A stretch of DNA of 64,000 nt from Chrysomallon squamiferum. Its lineage: Eukaryota > Animalia > Mollusca. The stretch covers positions 2,914,001 through 2,978,000 of the forward strand of contig CM022665.1 of assembly GCA_012295275.1 (NCBI GenBank). The letters run 5' to 3'. Shown here piece after piece: positions 1 through 10,800 of the stretch. The notes under the pieces were generated by a model. The model worked only from the letters and a program-made list of their open reading frames with translations, did no database searches and was not told where the DNA came from. The position numbers were made by a program, and so were the translations under genes. Position 1 is the first letter of the stretch. Each line of letters opens with the position of its first letter.

Positions 1-557
1 GTTGAAATTGCAGTAGTACACGACTTCTATTTGTAGACGACGTAGCAAATAAACTTCACCCACAGTAATTGCAGGATCACCTTTATTTTCAAATGAAGCA
101 ATATCAAAGAATATGGCGTATTTGAAGCTACCAATGAGATCTTCAAATATATTAAAGTGTATCCTTTGAGCCTCACGTATTATCTCAGTGTTTGTGTTGA
201 GCATCTGGGATAGCTGATGCGCGTTGTATCCATGATGTATAAGACGCAATTTCAGAAATTTTTCTAATTCTATCTTATTTTGTTTTAGGTAACTAGATTC
301 CAGGTCTGGATAAAGCTTTGTCTGGCTTAAAAGTTTGAAAGATTCTGCCCCGAACGTTCTTTGCTGAAATACTTCTGCCAGAGAAATATCGGCTTTCTTA
401 GTTTCTGAAAGACTAGCATCTCCTGTTTCATGATTGCGGGTAAATTTGGAGATTATTCCGCAACTGCCAACAAGTGCAGACACTGCAGTAACTAATACTA
501 CAAACATCACTAGAAGCATTCTTCTGTCGTATTTGCTTGACTTTGGTACATCAGCTG
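1..557 (-). CDS. Coding exon 3 (truncated by window edge): type II TM anchor, stem, and N-terminal part of a polysaccharide pyruvyltransferase-like domain (Pvg1/EpsO-like)
   Basis: Acceptor acattttctttag|CAG at 559-558 is phase-compatible with the donor at 824. The frame stays open for about 185 codons to position 1: AADVPKSSKYDRRMLLVMFVVLVTAVSALVGSCGII...REAQRIHFNIFEDLIGSFKYAIFFDIASFENKGDPAITVGEVYLLRRLQIEVVYYCNFN. The NKGDPAI..GE..LL..L.IEVVY stretch matches the recalled N-terminal motif of pyruvyltransferases. Confidence 0.75.
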
Positions 558-645
558 CTAAAGAAAATGTTTTTAATTATAACCAATAGAAATTATCTAA
601 TTATTACACACAAACACACACAAACATTGTCTCACTGAATTTTAA

Positions 646-691
<46 letters not shown>

Positions 692-824
692 CAGTAATAA
701 AAAAAAAAAAAAAAAAAAAAAAAAATGTATAACATTATAGCAATAATAACTTAATAACATTAAAATAAGGAGTTTTATAGAAAGATTATAAATATTTTTG
801 TATTTGTTGTTAATACTGACATAC

Positions 825-1788
825 CTGGTATGATGCCGTTTTCTTTGGTTGTGTCGTTACTGGTTATTTTTTCGTGTAGCAGTATCACAAGTCCCAGCGA
901 ACAGACCACGAGACCGCCAAAGTTCCACACATTCGCGTGTCTTTGTCCGAACAGATACAGCAAGAAGACAACAGAGACTCTTTTCAGGATGTTGCAGACT
1001 GCGTGGCTGAGGACTGTCATACAGCGCAGGACGACGTTGGTAGACACGTAGGAGTAAACCACGTGAAAGAAGCTCGACATGAGCATCACGGAAATGACAA
1101 ACAGGGACGTTTTAGGAATGACTTTTCTCGTTTCTGCGGCATAAATCAAAGCAGCGAAAACGACAGAACTCGTCACAACAGTTACGATGTTGATGACAGG
1201 TCGAAGTCGACTCTCTTTGGATTTAGTTTGTCCTAGTTTTATGGCAACGTTTCTTACCGCTAAGATGATGTTGGAGCTAAATGCCAAAAGCGCGCCTAAA
1301 GAGACGGAGAACGTTGCAAACGGGTTACCCACAAACACGACGGCGCCCAGTACAATTAACGGCAGACTAACTAATGTTGATGTTGTCACCGACGTTGCCA
1401 GGACGAGACGCTGAACCAGAGCTGTCGTGATGGGTTCCATCAGTTTGATGGCAAACGTCGACGACGCTGTCATGAATCCCATGCTGCAGTTCGTGCAGAA
1501 GGTGGCAGCAACGTGCGACAGCGTCATGACGTAGAACACACTGTCTTTTCGTTGTTGGATGTCCACTAATAAAAAACACATGACTGTTTGTGAGAAAGTC
1601 AGAGCTAAAGAGAACAGAACTGTGTAATCGTGGTGTCGGACAGAAGTAATGCTGGTGTAAAGGAAGGCTTTGGCAGTCTGATGACAAAGAAAAGAGACGA
1701 CTGTCCAGGTTAGAAAGATGCACACTCCTTGTACGACACGAAACTTTGATATCTGAAAGCAAATTGTTACATCGTCATTTTCCACGCC
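825..1788 (-). CDS. Coding exon 2: triose-phosphate/PEP translocator (TPT, SLC35E-like, DMT superfamily) multi-pass membrane domain
   Basis: ORF 775..1785 has about 9-10 hydrophobic segments and TPT-family signatures: STFAIKLMEPITT (cf. SFTHTIKAxEP), GALLAFSSNIILAVRNVAIK (cf. GFxxAxxSNxxxxxRNVxSK) and LSHAVCNILKRVSVV (cf. THSVxNxxKRVxVI). Acceptor ttttag at 1790-1789; donor CCAG|GTATGT at 824 (phase 1). Confidence 0.85.
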
Positions 1789-2143
1789 CTAAAATAATGT
1801 GTGCAAGTCAAAAGTTTCGGATTATGTGCTGTTTTGTTATTATTTCTATTACACTGCTTCTATTACCATTACCTTTACAACAGTCACCACTACAAAGACA
1901 ATGATAACGATGCTTGCTACTGTTAAATTGCTACTACTACTATTACTCCTACTGCTGCTATTATACTGCTACTACTACTACTACTACTAATGTTTCTACT
2001 ACTACTACTACTGATACTACTACTCCTGCTACAACTATTCCAATAATTTTATTATTGTACCCTTAACGAAATCAGTATCACGTTCTGTATCATATATGAA
2101 CAACAGTATCAACAAAATTAATATGTAAGAATTTACGTCTTAC

Positions 2144-2158
2144 CGTATTTTCTTTCAT
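2144..2158 (-). CDS. Coding exon 1 (MKENT) of putative TPT-family transporter / pyruvyltransferase fusion gene
   Basis: Minus strand reads ATG AAA GAA AAT ACG followed by a consensus donor GTAAG at 2143-2139. Phase 0 matches the acceptor of the next exon (ttattttag|GGC GTG GAA at 1788). The exon is very short, so the start assignment is inferred. Confidence 0.6.
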
Positions 2159-3577
2159 CTCGCAGCCTCCCTTTCCAACAGAAGTACTAAAAATAACTGC
2201 TGCACATTTCAAATGTCGTCAAACCCACCTTTCTTACGTTAATCCCACAGGCATTGAGTTTGTTAAGGCTGATATCATGTTTGATGGAAATCTGTGAGAA
2301 CTTGAGGCCTTTTCTTCTGGCAGTTTAGATACGCAATGTCAAGAGATTCTGTTTTACAACATAAAACAACGAAATGCCCGTGGCCACGTGTTCGCTAACA
2401 GTTTGAAGCGTAATAAAGATCAAATTTAATTAAGCAAGTTTATAAAGATATTTCAGTAATAGTAAATGCTAATGTTTGATATGATTTTTTCTGAATTGTT
2501 TTTAGAGATATGATGTGAAATATTTACTAATGTTTTGAGACTGTTTTTTTTTTTTTTTTTTGTTTGCTTTATTTATTTATTTATTTATTTTATTTTATTT
2601 TATTTTATTTTATTTTATTTTATTTTATTTTATTTTATTTATTTATTTATTTATTTATTTATTATTTTGTGTTTGTTTGCTTTTTTGTTTGTTTTATTTA
2701 TTTATTTATTTAATTATTATATTTTTATTTTTATTTTATTTATTTATTTTTATGTTTTTTGTTTTTTTTCGGAGCTTGTGGGGTTTTTGTGTTTAGTTGT
2801 TATTTGCTCTTTTTCTTTTTCTTTTTTTGTTTTACTTAATTAGACCACATACATACTTACATACTTACATATATATATAATTTGAAAACAAAGAAATAAT
2901 AAAAATATTTCGTATGTATATAAATAAAGGGAAATAACTCTTATTAGAACCTATTAAGATGCAGATAATTAACTTACATAATGATGTTCATGATGAGGAC
3001 AATAAAGTAATAAGAAACAAATACTTTTAAACGAATTTTACAATATTTTGTTTTAGCATGAAAGCCGTTTTTATTCACAGTATTTTATCTTGTCTTGAAA
3101 AACAGTCGCTATAATCAAAACTGTTTAATAAGGCTTTACAAAATTCAACAAAAGCAAACAATGGTTTTATAAACACACACAAACACAGAAATGTATGTGG
3201 GTGGGGTGATTAATCGACGACCCAAAGGGCTGGAACTGCCAGGAGACTCCGCCTGCATACCTCTTTCCCCGACACTTTTTGTTTTTTTGTTGTTTTTTAA
3301 ATTGCATTCTGGGAAGGAATTGGCAAGGGAGATAACTAAGTTAGTGTCTGTCATCATGGATCCGCGGGAAATTAACGACATTGTTACATTACCACCAATA
3401 TCTACTGTGCATTACATCATCAGACTATTTTTTTTTTTTTTTTATTTTTTTTTAACCTCGACAGACTATGTGGTTTGCGTATATATATTCAGAAAAATCT
3501 GTTTAAATTCCTAAACTTCAGTCCTCTTTCCTATTTATTTTATTTTATTTTATTTCATCTATTTATTTATTTATTTA

Positions 3578-3620
<43 letters not shown>

Positions 3621-4199
3621 TTAAACGCAAATTAATGTTAGTATCACCGGATTTTCGAATAAACTGGATATAAAGAATTACTGAGTTCTAAAGTACATCG
3701 GTATTTTAGCCTGAAAAGTACACCAGACCGTGTAACAACTTGGATGCATTATACATTTCACATAAATAATTTAGACGTCTTGAACAGATAAACTTTGTTT
3801 ATTTAGAGGTTTAAGTCTAACGACATTAGACTGGAATTAAAAATTAATCAGAGCTCTTCTTTTGATAAAAAAAAAAACCGTGTTTTTTTTTGTTTTTTTT
3901 TTCACTTTCAAATTCTAACAATAAATAAGTTTGTGTAAAAGTATAAATTTTTCTTAAACAACACTTGTCAGTGAGTGATAACAGTAAGTTTTCACCTTCT
4001 GTGACGTCAGACCTAAAAATAGAACCGCCGACCTCAAATCTAGTTTATGTAGCAAGGTAAATTGCACATCACGTACACATTTTACAGTAAGCCTATTTCT
4101 GTTCAAATTACAAAAATATTTTTAATTAAAAGTTTAGTAATAATCTTTAAAATGTTATTTGAATTTAATAATATCCATATTTTATTTTCCAAAGATATC

Positions 4200-4266
<67 letters not shown>

Positions 4267-4967
4267 TCTTCATTGTTGCTATTTAATTGGTTACACAGAT
4301 CAAACGCCTGTATAAATGCATTATCATTATTATTATTTGATATGAACAAACATATGAGTGTAATTAATTAACAAGATAGTGACAAATGTGATGGGTTTTA
4401 TTAATACTGCAGGAATCGAGTGCAAACAGCAAAGAGCCTATAAATAGCTCACCTGTTAGAAAGTAGTCACGTGATGAAAAAGGGTCAAAGCGGAAAATCG
4501 ATTATTATAATAATAATAATAATAACAACAACTACAACACTAAATAAAAAAAAAATTAAAAAAAATGTAGTAATGTCATCTATACATCGTATTTTGACAT
4601 GCAGTATTATTTGTTTGTGACTGTTACATTCATCAATATTTGTATAAACTTCAGCTGCTGCTGCTGTTGTTGTTGTTCTTTTTCTTAATTAGTGTACATA
4701 CAAACAACGTTCATTAATAATGATTTTACAGTTGAGCTTAATGGCCGAAATCAAAATGATATTTCCTTTTTCATCATCATCATCATCATCATTATTATTA
4801 TTATTATTGTTGTTGTTGTTGTTGTTGTTGTTGTTTGTTATAACTACTAGTACTACTGTTTTAACTTCGTTGTAGAAGTCGTTCGTCATTGATATTTTTC
4901 CTATTACGTCTTTTATTGTTATTTTGACTTCATTTGTATCAGTCTTTTGTTATTGTTTTTTCTTCCT

Positions 4968-5100
<133 letters not shown>

Positions 5101-5420
5101 TCTTTTAATCAGCGTGAACATAAAGAACATTTCATGTCTACACCACTATACAGAATATATATAATATATATTCATATACAGATCCCTTCTGTAAGCGCTG
5201 CCCCTAATGATGAGCATGACTGAACTTTCTACTGGATGTGCGATAACAGATTATTTTAGTTAAAGCACGCTTGTACAAACAGTTTTTCTATCGCTGGGAC
5301 TGACCTGTGAATATTTATACTTTAATCTGCCATACACGGCACTCTCTTGTCCTGCCACGGGTTACGTTCAAACGAAAACATTTAAACTAAACTGTCAACT
5401 AATTTGTAATTCACTAATAC

Positions 5421-5462
<42 letters not shown>

Positions 5463-6045
5463 TTTTCTCTCTTGTCAAAGGTTAAAGTCCCAAGGGCTTC
5501 GGAGCAGCTAATTAAAGAACTCTCAAAGTATTATGTGAACAATGATCGGTTCTAAAATAACATTCATTTCAGCGTGGTTAGGCGTTGACAGGAGGTGGAG
5601 CTGCGACATTAGCCCCCGGATGTTGACATTGTCTGGTCAGCCATTCGGATTAAAGAGGTAAAAAGACTCAATTAGTGGAGCACTGTTAAACACCAGTCTT
5701 CCTTGATTCGTCATGACACGGTTCACAATCCAATTGAAGCCATTCAGATGATTGTAATGCAGTCGGATTAAACTTCGTTTTCATTAACAAATCAATGGGG
5801 TTTGGGGTTTTGGGGAAAAGAAAAAAAAAAAAAAGGTACGTGTTTTCGGTTGTCGCTCGTGCTTCACACGCAAAGACACTGCTGCTGCGTAAGCTTTGAA
5901 AACGAAAGAACTCATTTCCTTTCTCGAATATCCCTGTATTCCATTTAAATTTTTTTTTAAAAATAGATAAAAAATTTTTTTTGAAAAAATAGGTGAAAAT
6001 GACTTAAAGACATTTTTTTTGAAAATAAATGTTGTTAGTTATTAA

Positions 6046-6102
<57 letters not shown>

Positions 6103-7246
6103 TTAATGCAAAGTGTTATTTTCATGATTCTTAAACTGGAAACAGTAACTGGAATTTTCGCAAAAAATTATTTTCAAAAATTAGTATAAAATAAGAAATG
6201 CGTTAGAACTTGGAAAACAAAATGTGCGTGCGTATTGCGTGCATTTATGTGCGTGGTTATAAGCAAACAAGGACAGAGATGCCAACGAAAGTGTGTGTGT
6301 GCGTGTGGGGGTTGTTGTTGTTTTTTCACCCATACCATGTTTGTTCATCCATTATATGACAAAATGTTTTTGAAAGCACCATCAGAAAATTATAATATAT
6401 CCAGTTGCCTTTCTTTGATGTTTTTCAGTCCCAGCTTTATGCTGCATACTTCAGAAGAGGGAAAATAAAAGAAACTATAATAATGGAACCTTACACTACG
6501 TATTAGTTTTCACACATTTTATCGTTGTCGGTTTATAAAATGATAATATAATACAGATACGATCTAAAGGTGTTTTTATGATGGTCTTCGTCGGCAGGTA
6601 CACGACCAAATACAAAATTATAAGCTTCCAGCTTACAAAAGATGATTCAAAATACATCAAAATATTATCTAAATCTCGTATTATCTTCCATCGTTTGAGT
6701 ATGGCCAGAACTAGTATCTCCTTACAATGATGTTTACATCGTATGATGAAGAAGAGCAGATGAAAAACTAGCTTCATTTTCAGGCTAATAATGAATAATA
6801 ATGTGGAACTTTAGTTCACCTATTAAGGAATCTTTTATAATTTATCTCGGTATATCTGGTCGTAAATAAAGACATGGATATAAAAACCTTTTTCTAATAT
6901 GTTATGAAATCATTTGCATACGAATGGAAAATAAAAATCGTTTTAATCTGGTTTCAGGTGTATAATAATTATATGTCCTATTTTTTTATTATAACCCAGT
7001 AATAATATTAGATAATGTTCAAAATGTGGTGGGAAAGTTGCTAGGCTTTTGTGCTCAGTCATATGTATGTAAGTATTAGTAAGTATTGTCGTTGGGTTGT
7101 TGTTTGTTGTTGTTGTTGTTTTTGTTTTTGGCTGTGCGGGTTATTATCTATTTATTTGTTTATTTTATTACTTTTGTTGTTTTTTTTTTTTTTTTTTTTT
7201 TTTTTAGATCCAGTTGGTTGGTGATAGTTACTTTATTATTATTATT

Positions 7247-7301
<55 letters not shown>

Positions 7302-7308
7302 TTTGTTG

Positions 7309-7343
<35 letters not shown>

Positions 7344-7843
7344 TTTTTTTATTATTATTTACTTATTTATTTTTTTACTATTCTTTAAATTATAAAATTA
7401 TTATTACATTTTTTTTTAGTTTCATTTGGTTGTGTCAGGTACTTTATTATTATCATTATTTATTTATTTATTTATTTATTTACTTATATTTATATTTATA
7501 AGTCCTTTTTTTCTTCTTTTTTTTAGATTCAGCTGATTGTGCTAGCTATTTACTAAGAAGTAAGTATGAAATCAGGATCATGATATACCTTTATGTCTAC
7601 AAAAAAACCCTGTTTAATACCTATAATCCAGTTATAGTTAATTATATTATTTATAACACCTGTGATCACTGTGGTTTTTTATAATTTAGATTGTTCTCTA
7701 GATAATTAATTCACTTTGTGTCTGGTTTCGAATAAATCAGAACAGATGAAGTGGATTAGATTCGTTTTTGACAAAGTCACTCCATTGAAACGCGTGAATA
7801 GATAAATAAATAAAACAAACACAAAAACAAATTAATTAACTGA

Positions 7844-7890
<47 letters not shown>

Positions 7891-10800
7891 GAGTAAGTAA
7901 ATAGATTTGTTTAAATTTATTATATATATATATTTTTTTTTTTTTTTTTTTAAATGACCATATTGGTAGAGTTATGATCCACACATATTTTGTTTTCATT
8001 AGAATTATAAAAAGGAAAACAGGAGAATTTTTTTTATAAAAAGCGGACAAAACATGTTTAGTGTTTGGTTACATGGCTTATTTATAAGGTTAAGGATAAC
8101 AGAATTAAGGATGAAGAAAACCTAGTGAACAGATCTTCATCAGCAGCGGTGACAAACTGGCTGAGTGAAAATGACACATCAGATTAGAACTGATTCAATT
8201 TTTTAAAATTGTTTTTGGGATCATTTTCTTGCCTTAATACAAATTTTGCCGGCCGTTGTGTAAAATCTTTTTTATTTTTTTATTATTGTTGTTGTTGTTG
8301 TTGTTATTATTATTATTATTATTATTATTTTTATTATTTTATTTATTTATTTTTTTATTTATTTATTTATTTAGTAGATATATGTCTTGAAGAATCCATT
8401 GACGAGAGAAGCAGAATGTTCAGTGTTAAATTCATAATATTTAGAATTTCCTACCAAAATTTGTTACACTTATTATTAACGTTGAGTACACTTTTCAGAC
8501 TACTGAAATATTTAAAGATTAAAGGAATTGATTTTAGATTTTAAAATGTTTATTGATCTTTTAGTTACAAACAGATGGATGTTAGGTTATATAAATAATG
8601 AGATAAAAAAAATATATATACAGAGAGAGAGATTGCGAAAAACGAAGTTAAAAACGTGAAAACATTTGTCAAGCTAACATCTTGTAGAAAAACAACGTAA
8701 TATACATTTAGATAAGAACAATAAAATAAATGTCAGAAAGTGCAAATGAATTTATTGTTACACTGGTAATTACTCTATTTACAAGAACACGTACTAAGAA
8801 CTCAGGTCCTTACGTTGTGTAGACTATTATTCATCTACGTTCTGAAAACGTCCTTAAAAGGGATCCGACGCGTTGAAAAGAAGCCAGCACGAAGAAGTAT
8901 ATGATTTCTAACAATAATCAGTCTTAACACAGTTTTTACAACTGCGTGCTAAATACACCCGATATTACAAGGCGTATCCATATCTGCGTTCACACCTCCC
9001 GAGTACACTAAATAACCCGAGTATCTAGGGATTTATCTGAATATCAATCTGAGTTTAACTCCAGTACCCGAGTCTTGTCACTGCCATTCACATTCCCTTG
9101 AAAACAGTTAGCTGTGAAGTCTTTCAAACCGAAATATTTTAGCCAAGTTGTTTCCATAACACACTGCATTTATCTCGGCGGTTTTTGATCCCCATAAGAT
9201 AATAAGAGAATGGTGGCCGGGTACAAGCTAGCACATTTTATTATCTGACTTAGAGATAATTGAAGTCGAAAGTAAAGCGAATAATCGGCAACATCGGGAA
9301 TTTCTTCACAGGACAGGATGAGTGATTTAAATTATAGGATCAGCCGAGATAAAAGGGAGAAGACGTTTGCGTCTTTCTTGTGCTGACAAAAAGCAAACAG
9401 CAGCAGAGACAACAACAGTTATAATACTATTAGTTTATAAGACTTAATTTTTAATTGAAAAAAAAAAAAAAAAAAAAAAATGTTGTCACAAACAAAGCCA
9501 AAATAAAGGTTATTTTAATACATGTCTTCAGAGGGTTTGTATCTGTGACACGTTACTTCAGATTTTATCTTTTTTTTTTTAATGGCTTTGAATAAAGTTA
9601 AAATAACACATACACGCAAGACATATATATAAAATAAATAATTTTCTTTTCAGCCTATAAAATACCAGAAACAAAATTTCAATTAATAATACCTCCTTTC
9701 TTAAATATCTCAGTTTTAAACAAACACAGTACTATTTTTTCCAAAAAAATAAAAAATAAAAAAATAAAAATAAACGCCCCAACAATCCATTTCATTCAGC
9801 AGCTTTGTATTTTATATCAAAGTCTGATCTGCTAAGTAAAAATCTCAGCATTCTTCAGCTGAAAAGATCTTAGGCTGTAATATAGATTATTATCCGCGTT
9901 GCAGTCATTATTATACTATCATTATTACTTACCTCAGTTTGACAACCAGAGCGAGGTCATGATCAAAAACAGTCCCCTTTCAAAGAACGCAGGATCAGTC
10001 GTAATGTTTTAACTAAACACTTTTCAGTTGAACCACGTCATCTGTTGGTTTTAGACAAGACTTGTTAGAGTATTTAGCTTATAGTTTTTATTTAAAAACT
10101 TATGGTTCAAACATTCATATCTTATTTATCGAATAGTATACTGGATTCGTGTTCATGGAACTGACTTTCAGAAATCGAAATTATCTGAGCGTAGAAGAGA
10201 AATTATCGTCTTAAATCGCTTTGATGAAAAACTTTCGATTGATAATCGATAAACAAAATGATTAATTTGTGGAAATTGAAGATCAATTACCGAATTCCCT
10301 TCTGATCAAACCCAGCAGACATCTCTGTTCCTTGCTGAATCGTGTAACTCTGGACAGACTGAGTGTTTTTTATTTTTTATTTTTTTTATTTATTTATGTT
10401 TTTTTTTTTGTTGTTTTTTTTCTTCTGTATAAATCATTGTGTTGTGCATGTTCATGACTAGTAACTAAAATAAAGCTGATTAATAAGTATTTCTAACATT
10501 CTTCCAATACGTAGTCTCTGTGTGTTTTGTATGTGAAATAAATTTAAAACACGAGTAGGTAGTCTACATGTTTAACCCAACAGAATTTGAAAATTAATTT
10601 CTATACACATCCATGTAACTATGCTCCCACACATATACGTATATACCCCGTATATGAATATATTTTCAGTTTAACGTGGTATCTCTGTATTAACATGGGG
10701 AAGTAAAACAAATAATACGAAGAGAAGAAATCTGAACGCGAAAACAACTACACCGAGATAAAAAAAAAAACACGAAAATTTTATACGGGTGCAAAAAGTA

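Noticed and set aside
830-1762. Overlapping plus-strand and alternative-frame ORFs (830, 937, 1187, 1367)
   Set aside because: Shadows of the transporter exon with no independent motifs.
775-1785. ORF-track 336-aa ORF as a complete single-exon gene
   Set aside because: It starts at GTG just inside a splice acceptor and runs past a strong donor at 824; better explained as the internal exon of a spliced gene.
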